Positions 1-12,300 of a stretch of 64,000 nt of DNA are shown in pieces; position 1 is the first letter of the stretch; the number at the start of each line of letters is the position of its first letter. The notes under the pieces were generated by a model, which saw nothing but the letters and a program-made list of their open reading frames with translations, was not told where the DNA came from and did no database searches. Position numbers and translations under genes: made by a program. Where the stretch lies: positions 12,090,001 to 12,154,000 of the forward strand of contig CM068748.1 in NCBI GenBank assembly GCA_035084275.1, read 5' to 3'. This DNA comes from Hydrolagus colliei (Eukaryota).

Positions 1-230
1 AACACTAGTTTTTCCTTTCCCAAGCAACTTGTCCAGTGACACAAGATGATGCGTATACAAAAGCTCCACCCAAAAAAGTTACCAAACAAATTTCAGTAAA
101 GCTGCCACTGTTCTGCACTTGTTAAATATTTTTAATCATACTAAATTAGATTTATTCCGCCGCCTAAGTGAGGCACAATTAACTAAAAAGTGTGGTGCTG
201 CACATTGTAAATACAGATCAAGATACTTAC

Positions 231-310
231 ACTGTTCTGTAATACCAGTTCATAAAGACAAACAACAAAGCAGCCAGGACCAACAGTACTGCAAGTATAA
301 TTATTGCCAT
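231..310 (-). CDS. CDH23: CDH23 exon ~64, transmembrane helix (80 nt)
   Basis: tttgcag|[27 protein letters not shown]|gtaagt; not in the ORF track. Confidence 0.96.
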
Positions 311-3300
311 CTGCAAAGGAAACGGAAAAATATTTCAAAAGCATGAATTTTCTAAATCTTTTCAGCGTTGAATATGATTTTCAACTCTAAAGCATTTTTC
401 CTTTACATTCACCACATGTGCTTTCCAAATTTGAGGTTCAGTTTCCCAGATCAAAAGAGAGGAACCTGTGTTCTCATGCTTCCAAAACACCCACCCAAGC
501 AGGAAAATTGGACTCTAGTGGAATGAAGCGGGAGCCTGCCTTAATTAAACATATACAGCAGTATTACACATTGTGTCAGTGCCCAACAGCTATCATAAAG
601 AAGCAACAATTTCATCCTGCTGAATGAAATAGGTTACTTTCCACAGAGTGTAGTGAGATTGTGGAATTTCCTGCCTGAAACAGGAGTTTAATCAGACAAT
701 ATAGATGATTTAAGAGTACGGAAGTTGAGTAAGGAGAGGTATAACATGAGGTATAACATTGAATGTGGAGTGATAATAGTGGAGAAGTACGGAAAGATAA
801 AACAGTGAATTTGACAATATGATGCTCACAATCCTAAAATGATTGCAAAATATGTGACATGAAAATATTGTTTTGCAAAACTTCTACAATTGTGAAATGT
901 TAATGCCCAGCTGGTGAGCAAAACCGCAATGAAAACGAGAGCAATTTGCTCGCTGGCCTTTGCGTTTTTCTATCTGGGGTTTCCCAATTTGCCCATTTTG
1001 CAAATTTTGTGCAAAGCTTTCACACTGAGGTTCGCAAACCAGAAGTCATAATTAATGCAATTCTTCTGGGCAGCAAATCCTTCTTCATGCCTTAACAAGT
1101 AAACTTGACATGATCAAAACTCACTAAGTTTAACAATGAGAGGAGTTTTACCAGCAGTCCATTCCCGGCATTTGCACGTGAGGTCAGCATGTTATGATTC
1201 CAAAGCAGATAAACAAAATATTACCTGTAAAGCAGTCATATCATCAGCTGGTCGCACCGTAACAGCTGGCTGAACATCGAGCACATTATAATTTCTGAAG
1301 AGATTTCTTAGCTGCTCCTTGTTTTCATCAATCATCTGGATTACACTACAGAAATAAAAGGGAAGATTATTAGGAATCGTAAAGTAATCGACGTTCGGTG
1401 TTTTACATATATTCTTGCTTTACACAGTGATTTTTTTCAGTTTTGTATTTGGCAACTCAAGCTGGTGTACCATTGTCTTACTTAATTTTAATAATGTTTT
1501 CAAAATCTCCTGTGCTCTCATAGATGAAACCTTCTATCATTCCTCCAGCTACAAGATGCACCTTGCTTTACCTGCATATTACAGCACAGAACAACAATGT
1601 AAGCATTAGCTGACATTAGTGTGCAGGGCAGACATATGCCTTCAGGAGGGGTGGTGGAAGAGGCGGAGAAGGAGGTAGAGGGAAGAAAATTAACTAAAAT
1701 AAACCTGACATTGGCTAACGTAAAACTAAATGATGGATAGCTACTGGGGCAAACACCAAAGGGCAAAAACTGCCATTCCAGACGGAAGGTAGGCATTGGT
1801 ATTTTCAGCTAAGGAGTTGATATTGCTGCTCACGGATCACTGCATTGAATTTAATGCAAAAATTAGAGGTCAAACTGAAGAGAAGTCACAAGGATAGTAA
1901 TGGTGGAACAGGCATTTCTCTACTCAAAGTTAGAGCATTATTGAGCGTGTGGAAAAAATGTTACACCTGCAAAAATTGGGATCCACAATCTTCTCCTTTT
2001 GATGAGTAGTAAAAACATTTAATCCTTTTGTTACTCTCTGCAAATCATAATTATCTGTTTTGCAAACATTGTAAATGAGTCCACCTGGTTTATTGTTGTG
2101 GTTCAGGTAGTGATTGAAGAGGGTGGTAGAAAATGCTAATTACTGTAATTGTATTGCATCAGAATATCTGATGCAATACTGTAAATTTATGCCCTACAAT
2201 ATATAATGCATATTCAAGTGTTTTTGTAGCATTAATGGATAGTTAATGGACGGGTCATTTCAATCCACGGCTGTTTCTGAGACACTGCTGTGTGCAATTG
2301 ACTGTTGCGTTTTGCCCACAAAGAAACAGTCAATTCACTTCACAGTATATTCTGTGAAGTGCTTTGCGACATGGATAAGATGTGGAAAGCGCTATATCAA
2401 ATGCAAGGATTATGTTATTTTTATGAGACTAACAGTGTCATAATTATTGTCACAAATGCAATAGCAAATACCCTAATTTTTACCCTGTTGTGTTTTAGCT
2501 CAACATACAAAGTAAGAAATAATAGAAGTTTTCATCTTACTCCATATCTTTCCTCACAGTACTCTCTGCACTAGGTGGCAGCCTATCCCACAGTAATTGA
2601 AGTATGAAGATGCACTCATTGAGGTCAACTTGTGGTTTCCCTAGCTATAATCGCACAGCTGGTTTTCATTTCCTTGTTCTGCAGAAAGTACCTTTTTACA
2701 ATCACATTAGCAATTTTCTTCAGGTTTTGTTTGGGCCGCTCTCAATCTATTTTTTCCATCATCAAAACAAGAAAAGAAACCTTCACTTTCAGACGTTGGA
2801 TCATGTCAGTGTTACTGCATTAGAAATATGGATCTTCTCAACAATGCTGTACAGCATTATCCCTATAAATGCCTTAAATGTTTTATAAAATACTAACAAA
2901 TTTACCATAAAGTAATTCTGCTGCCTATTACTTTACCTATCAATGTTAAACAACGTGTGTTATTAATCTGAAAGTGTTTCCAAACTAAAATGGTTCACAA
3001 TTATGGCTAGCAATCTTTGTTATTTTCTTTTATGTCAGCTATTAATCACTTCTTGTGAGAATCAAAGGCTTCTCATTCATTGCTGACTAATTCTAAGAGG
3101 GAAAAAAGTATCATAACACATAGTATTTATTTTGCTTGGAAAACAACTGAATTGTTCACTTCTCTTCAAATTGCAACTTGTTCTGAAGATTTTGCAAACC
3201 ATAGAGCTTCTGCAGTGTTGTAATAATGTGTATGGAAGAAATTATTGCTACAAATGTGTAGTTTCACAGTAATTTCTGCAAACAACGAGTTTTACTTCTG

Positions 3301-6300
3301 GAGTAGCTAAAATAAACCAGCTCACTCACCGCTCTACATCCAGTATTTGATTTGTCTCTCGGTTCACTACATGGATTAGAACATTCGTCTGTGCAAAATT
3401 CACCCGGCCTTTTTTATCAACATGAAACTGTAAGGAAATGGATGGAGCATTAATGCTTTCAGTCGATAAAGTTAAGAAAAATTTATGTATCTGTGCAGGC
3501 ATCAATCACGATTTTGGCACAACCACTAGTGCTTGCTCATTGTGAGACAAACTTTCCCCCACTGGTTGTTGGCTAATATTGTAGGCTAGAGTATAATCCA
3601 GTTTCTCATCTGATTACACCGGAGCAGTTTTAAATGTCCAGTGCTCTTTTACACTAAGTTTTCTAAGTTCATAGTCGACATGGACAATGAGAATCCACAA
3701 TTCTGTATCAAAAGGGAAAAAAAAGCTGTTTTTGCTAATAATATCCAGAATTGAAAGAGTTTTGAGGTGATTGGGATTGAATTATGCACAACATAAACTT
3801 TACCCTTTACTTTGGTGCATATATTGTAGTACAACATCCCATAAGGGCTTTTTTCCATTGTTAATTGTGTCACCAAATCTTTCACTTCAAGACAAATAGA
3901 CTAGCTCATTTCATTTTACCTACTCTCCTGATATGATATCAAAAGATCACATCACTCAGATATTATTCAAATGTACAGACCTATAAAACTCTTTTCACAG
4001 GGTCTTCACCAATGACCTGGTTAATAGTGGGAACTCCCAGTAAACTCCACTCTCCCTTCATAACTTTCCTTTTCAAATTATGACAATTAAGTAGCTACTG
4101 GCTGCTATATAATAATGGTAATCTGGTAATAGCGCCTTTCAGCCCCAAATATTAACCAACAGAAGTAATTAGTCATGTATCTTCCACTTCAAGAGATAGC
4201 AGTGAGGAGCTTCAGGAAGCTCTTGACATAGTGAGATACTCATATCTGACCGAGCAGCAAAGGGTTGACTACCTGAATATCATCTGTGTTTACTATGGCT
4301 CCAGTGATGTTGGAAAGCAGTTTGATGAATTGATCTCCAAACTCTCGCACTCTCTCAGGGATCTCATTGATGACTATCTTGACCCGCTGGTCATCTCTCA
4401 GAATGTAAATTCCAATCACCGCTGTGTCATTGTGACCAGCCAGATCTGAGACCATTATTTCTACCACAAAGTATCCAGGGCTATAAGCTGTGAAGAGGTC
4501 AAAGGTCCTCACAATGCCACTGTGCTCCCCTGAAATGTAGAAACAACCAAAATATCAAATTGCAAGACATTCTCAGAAATAGTCGAACAGATACTGTTGT
4601 GTAATTACTACAGCAACAGATTGCCATAGCAATGTTACTCCCTTGTATAAAAAGGGGCAGAAGGACAAGCCTGGTAACTACAGACCAGTCAGTCTAACGT
4701 CGGTAGTGGGCAAACTTCTAGAGTCCATAATCAGGGACAAGGTAGATCTTCACTTAGAAAGATATAGGCTAATAAAGGACAGTCAACATGGATTTGTTAA
4801 AGGCAAATCTTGCCTTACAAATCTGATAGAATTTTTTGATGAGGTAACGGAATGGGTGGATAATGGTAGCGCAGTTGATGTAGTTTACATGGACTTTCAA
4901 AAGGCATTTGACAAAGTGCCACATGAGAGACTTATTATGAAATTAAAGGCCCATGGCGTACAAGGGACAGTGGCAGCGTGGATCCACAACTGGCTGCGAG
5001 ACAGAAAGCAGAGAGTTGTAGTGAGCGGCTGTTTTTCAGATTGGAGGGAAGTGAGCAGTGGTGTGCCACAGGGATCGGTTTTGGGACCATTGCTGTTTGT
5101 AATCTACATCAATGATCTGGACTTGGGTGTACGGAGTACAGTTTCCAAGTTTGCAGATGACACTAAGTTAGGGAGAATAGTAAACAGTGAGGAGGATAGT
5201 AGCCATCTGCAAGAGGATATAGACAAATTGGTAAAGTGGGCAGACACATGGCAGATGAAGTTTAATGCAGAGAAGTGTGAGGTGATGCATTTTGGGAGAA
5301 GAAATGAAGGGAGGCAATATAGGCTAGATAGTACAATTTTAAATGGTGTAAAGGAACAGAGAGACCTGGGGATTTGTGTTGGTGACTCGTTGAAGGTGGC
5401 AGGACAGGTAGACAAGGCTGTTAAGAAGGCATATGGGATACTAGGCTTTATAAATAGGGGTATAGAGTACAAAAGTCAGGAAGTGCTGACTAACCTCTAT
5501 AGGACTTTGGTGAGGCCTCAGCTGGAATACTGTGTTCAATTCTGGTCACCACACTACAGAAAGCATGTGAAGGCATTGGAAAGGGTACAACGAAGATTTA
5601 CTAGGATGGTGCCAGGATTGAGGGACTTCAGCTATGAGGAGAGGCTAGATAGGCTAGGGTTATTCTCTCTGGAGCAGAGAAGATTGAGGGGAGACCTAAT
5701 AGAGGTTTATAAGATCATGAGGGGTTTCGACAGGGCAAATAGAGAAAAACTATTTCCACTCGTGGGTGAATCTGTGACTCGTGGTCACAGATTTAAAATA
5801 GTTTCAAGGCGCAGTAGAGGGGAGCTGAGAAGAATTTTTTTCACTCAGCGAGTTGTTCGAATCTGGAATGCATTGCCTGAAAAGGTGGTGGAGGCTGATT
5901 CGATAACAACTTTTAAAAGGGAATTAGATCTTTATTTAGGGAGAACGGGTCTATTAGGCTATGGGGAGCGGGCAGGGCAGTGGGATTGAATCGCTCTTTT
6001 CAAAGAGCCGGCACAGACTAGATGGGCCGAATGGCCTCCTTTTGTGCCGTAAAATTCTATGATTCTATGATTCTAATGTATAAACTTTTCACATAAGTTA
6101 CTCAAAGTGCTTCACGACGGGACAGCGCGATTGAGGAACCATCTGATATTAAGTAAACCAATGTCTATTATGCTGCATTGTATTGCTTTCAGAGTAATCA
6201 GATCCCAACAGCTTTTAACCATCCAAATTTCTGCAAATTACTGCAAATTTCCATTGGCAAAATCCTACCAATTATGAAGACATTTCCAACTTCTTCCGAA

Positions 6301-9300
6301 TTGTTGGATTGCAGCTTGATGTAGTGGATGTTAAGAATTTGATAGTAGACAATGCTGTTGTTTCCAATGTCAGCGTCATAAGCATCCACTTTAATTAGTT
6401 CAGAACCTACTTTCGCATCAGCAGCAACACCTAGAGGCAGGAAGAAGACATTAACCCACCCTGACAATAAAGTGAAGAAAACTATAGTTTGGAACTTAGT
6501 TGAATCATTCATAATTGTTTATTTTGGTTAAACTACAAAATTCAGCACTGATACAGCTCCAAGGCACAGCAGTCTTCTACCAATAAAGACGTGGAATAAA
6601 GTGTACACAAGAGGTATCAATGAAGAGCCTCATTTAACTTTGCAGCTTTGTGGTTTGAATGCTTTTGTTTTCACCACAAAAAGGTTTCCATTCACTTTGG
6701 TGCATATATTGTTGTACATTATCCCGTGAGGGCTTTGGTTCCATTGTTACTTGTGTCACCAAATCTTTCACATCAGGACAAATAATAATTTTACCTACTT
6801 CCCCGATATGATATCAATGGATCATATCACTCAGACATTATTCAAATGTACAGACCTACAAAACTCTCTGACCTCTTCACAGGGTCTTCACCAATGGCCT
6901 GGTTAATAGTGGGGAGGGGAAACGCATGCTTGCATAACTCCGCTTTGTGGAAAGTACAGAAAATGCCCCCAAACTGCTGACGTCACCTGAAAACTAAATT
7001 GTTATAGTTGTTTTATTCCAAATAAAGAATGTTAACTTCTCCACTTGTAATTCACTAAGTTGCACGCTTCCAAATGTGAGCATTGCCAAAAGAAACTTGG
7101 ATATAGTGCCCTTTGATGGACATGAAACATCTGAAATCGCTGTACTCACCAGCAGTGTACTCTGGCTTCAAGAACCGGGGTGGCTGGTCATTGATGTCTT
7201 CCAGGTAGATACGGACTTCCTGGAGGGTGAGATCAGTGCTGGGGTTGAAGACTCGGTTCCGTCTTGCACTCTTAGCTGGGCTCCAGTTGCGATTGCTGGA
7301 AGCCTTGACAATCATTGAATAGTATGCATTTGTCTCCCGGTCCAGATCCTTCAATACCTTAAGGAGTCCATTCCTATTTAGCTGGAAGTTACGGTCTGGA
7401 TCACCAGCTATATCAGAGAAGAGTTGAATGAGCTCCCCTGCTAGTTAGATATGGTGAATCTTCTATTAATTAAAATCACAGTCTTTTAAAAAAAACAATT
7501 GCAGTTTAAACCATCGGTACAACTTTAAATTTTGAAAACTTTAAATTTTTTATAGTTGTTTAATTCTAAATAAAGGATGTTAACTTCACTTGTAATTAAC
7601 TAAGTTGCAGTGTAGTGGATAAAACATATTTGTTCAGCTATCCAGCTCAGTGGTGTTCGAATAGAATTTTAATCCCTCTGCCCCAACCCAATTGCTGAAT
7701 TTGAATGATTATAATTTTCAGGCTGACGTTCAAAATCATTCTGAAAGACTATTCCTAACACAGAGGACAACACACATCAGAGTATAAGTATAAATGCCCA
7801 GACATCACCAAGATGTTTCATGGGGACCTCTGTCTCTCACCTGCTATAAAGTAATACACCACAGCATTGGGGCCCTCATCAGCGTCTACAGCCCCTGTTA
7901 CATTCCCCACAATCACTCCAGTCTGGGAATGCTCATGCACAGAGAGCACCTGGTACTGGTAACTTACTCTCTGATGAAACACAAATGAAGTACAGAGTTA
8001 ATTACACAGAAAGCAAACGCTGTTCAACAATAACTGTTCCACTAGTTAAATATTATAATAAATACTTACATTTGATATAGTGCCTTTCATTTTTGGAAGG
8101 ACATTGCAAAGGGCTTCACAGGATTTACTGTAAAGTAGGACTGAGTTTTTTGGGGGCAAACTTAGCAGCCAATTTTGTGCACCAAGACACTCAGAGAAAC
8201 TCCCTTCTTATTAGGTGTCCAACATAATAAAACTGGAATGTGCTTTGACCTCCTTATGTAATGTGCACAATATGATAGTGTGGAGTTCTAACTCTGGTGA
8301 AGGATAACATGGAATGTTAACTATCTAATTGGAACTTGGTTTGACCTTGTGAGTGTGTCCAAGCTGTATATTAAGCAGCAACAGCTGCCTTGGAGGTCTG
8401 CATTCATTTATGTTTCGAGAAGCTAAAGCTACAACCAAGGTGGAAAAATAAAACCGTAAGATGTTAGTGAATAGTTTATGTTTGTTAAAATTACAGTGAA
8501 GCCTCTTTATAATAAGGTGGTTGGGATCCATCAACTATAAAGGGACACAATAGCTGGTTTCACTGCATGTAGTCTGCCAGCTCACTCCCTGCGAGTTCCC
8601 GTGCTAAAGAAAGAACGACTTGTGGGTTATCAGATTGCTGCCAAAAGCACAGAATGATTCTGTTTCAAAACACGGACTCATGCATTTGTCGCAAGGTTCT
8701 TACGGGTGGTTTCAGAAATCTGGGTTCATTGTCATCAATGTCATCTAGGGCCACTTGCAGAAGCTGGGTCGTCTCGTAGGGGACAGGGTGCCCCAGGTCA
8801 TAGGCCAAGAGAATGAGCTGGAAAATAGTAATTGTCAACATAAAGACGATGAGAATAATATTCCTTACATTTAGTAGGCAGGATCTCACTGAATTTGCAA
8901 CTTGCATCTAAACTATATCAAGTGCTCATCCCACAATAAGCACACTAGTAAGGCATAGTTTTAAACAATAATAATATTTTTTGCATTTGAGAGTAATAAT
9001 CCTTAATAATCTTTGCAGGTGATATAGTGCCACATCACATCTTCTGGACATCTCAAAGTGCTTCACAGAATTTACTGTAAAATGAATTGACTGTATATTT
9101 TGTGGACAAAATATAGTGCCTTATTGTCAACATATCTCAAAGTCCTTAATAACATGTTCCATTTATACAGAGCCCTTCACTCGGAGTAGAGTCCCGGAGA
9201 GCTTAACTGGTTCTACAACATTAATGAGACAAGCGGATTTGAGCACATGAATGTCATATTGTAATTATTTTCCTCTCTATTATGCACTTCAATTCTTACT

Positions 9301-12300
9301 TACATTATAAACAGGCTGCTTTTCCCTGTCCAGCCTGATTGTGGTGTTGATGATTCCACTGAGAGAATCAATATTAAAATATTCCCAGTCTTTGTTGACT
9401 CCAGTTCTCAAAAAGCTATAGCGGACAGCTCCATTCAAACCTTCATCACTGTCCACTGCGAGCACTTCATACACCCTGAAACCTGGATTCCTCTCCTAGA
9501 AAACACAAAAGGATAATACAATAATACAATGATCTTAATGTAGCAATTGTTCAAGTTCCTAAAATGCTCCTGTCACAAAAACAGATATAGACAAAGAATG
9601 TGCAAATTCAGAGGATATGGGATTTATTGTGTTATTAGAAACTATGAAACTACTAAACCAACTGAATACTAGAGATCTAGAGATGAGGGTCACAGTCAGG
9701 AAAGTTTAAAAATTTGTAGTGTTTCACAGGAACTGAGAAAGATAAGATGAGAAAGATCTTACGGATATCTAAAAGATGTTTTGAAAATAATGAGTGAAAG
9801 ATTATTGCTGGTAAATTAATAACTGGGGGACATAAGATCAAGATTGTCACTGAGGAGTTAAGGGCGAGCTTTGATAAAGCTCTTCTTTGATAAAGCTTTC
9901 AAATAAAGCTTTGATAAAGTATGGAGAGTTTTGCCACAAGAAACTGGTAAAATTGAGGTTGAGACTGTAACAACTTTTGAAAAATTTAATGACTATATTA
10001 AGTGGAACAATATAAAAGCATCTGGGAAGCAGCACAGAATTGGGATTCAAGGAGTTAGTCCCAGTGGAGGAGATGGCATGAACACAGACATATGGGTTAA
10101 TTATCTCAGCCTTGAGTGAAAATCTAGATCTGCTTTACCCTATTAAAGTAACATATCAGAGTATGCAGCATTTGTTGAATTCAGTTTTCCCTTAGAAGTC
10201 TCTTTTTTTAAAAAAAACAGTTTTTTAAAAAGAATTTGCAGAAAACTGGCTATAAAAAAGAAACAGTAACAATGAGACTTGGCTCATTTGAAGTTTATTA
10301 CCTCCATGATGTGCAATATGGTGCCATTTGGGGGCCTGATAAACACTGGGCGGTTATCATTAACATCGATCACATCAACTATTAGCAGGGTTGTACCCCA
10401 GAGAGGAGGCCTTCCGTTATCAGTGGCCACAAGCGTCAAATTAAATATCTCGTGGGACTGCAGCAGCCGACTGGTTGTGATCAACCCTGTATCTCTGTCC
10501 ATTTTAAACGCGTCTGAAAAGAAGACAAAAAAATAATTAATTTGAAAAGAAAATTATCATTTTGGGGGATTCATCCAAGGTGACGGATGCCAGTACCAGG
10601 ACAAAATGGTATTTTGCTCCATTTCCCATGCCAGCCACACTAAAGCCAATATTGTATGATTTCTTCTCAATAAAATTATTTTGCAGCGCTGATGTTTTTT
10701 GGTTACAACGGACATGTGTGCAGCTAATAATGATGCCCTTGAATGCAGAAAACTTCTTTTTTCTGTTACCAAGGGAACATATCAAGTGGCAACGTGAAAT
10801 CATCGGTGAGATTCAATTCATTTTCAGAACAGACTGTAAGTGCCTGGTGAAGACTCCTTCAAGTTGGCTGGTCTCCCCAATTGGTAGAAAGAACTAGAGT
10901 TTTTTTTAATCTGGCTGAGGTCTTAAGCAGATGATAAAAGCTTCACAAGAACAAGGGAGGTGGGAAATGGAACAAACCACCACAGACCCTCTTGCAAATT
11001 TTTGAGTAAACTGGCAGCCTGGCAGAGGTTCAGGAACCGGTCTTTGTTCAATCGATGACCCGGTGGCAAGGGAAACACAAAGAGTCGATTTCTTTTATTA
11101 AGTTATCAGAAAGGGAAAAAAATACTGTGAGTGAAAATTTACCCTTAAAAGGAAATGTACAGCTTTTACCTGCTCCGGGCCCTTCAATGCTGAATTGAAG
11201 TACTGCGTTTTCTCCCTCGTCCAGATCTCTAGCAGTCATCGTTATGACAGACGCACCTCCTGGCTCATTCTCATACACACTGGTGCTAAACACGGACTTA
11301 GAGAACTGCGGTCGGTAGTCGTTGACATCGAGGACAGTTACCAGCACCTACAGCAGCAAATAGCAACATAACAGATCAAGTCAATAATTCTGTGTGGAAT
11401 TAGAGCAAGATTCTGTATATGATCTTCTCTTTTCTTAAAGTATCCACTTTAATGTTCTTGTCTTGGTCTTCCAACACCACAAATTTTATATATATATATA
11501 TCTAATATATATTTATATCGTTCATATCATTCAACTTTACACCCAAACAATAGAGGCAGCTCTGAAAGGTTATTTTTCAATGGTTATTGTTTCGTATTCT
11601 AACATTATCAAAGATAATGTTAGATACTAAAGGATACTAAATGTTCTGCAATTAATTACATGATAATCCAACTAAAGGCTAAAGGCTAACCAGGAGAGCA
11701 AGGGTCAACCACTGGTGTACATTGTGATCTTAAACATGTTTTATTTTCTTTGCTGTGTGCTTTGAGCCGTTCTAGTGAAAAGGAATATAGTGTACGAAGC
11801 GGGGCAGTTATATTCCAAGTGGTTAGAAAAGATCTGCCAACCAAATGTGTCATGGGACATTAAAGAACATTTTATAATGTATTGGCAGCATATTTTTGAC
11901 AGCAATTGGAAGAAAAATTCCCTCTCAATCAAGCACGTCCTCTGGAAAGAACTAAAAGCAATGGATAGTTAAGAGTTATGTTACCTGCACAGAGTTTTCT
12001 CTCCGTTTGCTGGGAATACCCCCTGGATTGTCTTTAGCAACAGCAGTGAGTGTATAGTGATCTTTCTTCTCCCGATCGAGCGCAGCAAGAATGTAAATGT
12101 CCCCCTTGATTTAAATAAAGAATATTTACTGAAACTCTTATTTCTGCTCACATTCAATAATTAATAAGAACACATCAAATCCCAATCATGTGGTTTGAAG
12201 GAAGCCCTACCCTTTATATTTAGACACATAATTATCATATATTTGTTGTATTAATAATCGGACATCGTCTTTTAAAAGATGCTTGTGTCATTGAAATATA

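Noticed and set aside
4643-5989. 448-aa reverse transcriptase ORF as a host gene, retron or other novel RT system
   Set aside because: Motifs and the (ATTCTATG)n tail identify an ordinary 5'-truncated CR1 ORF2; the TTG start is an ORF-caller artefact
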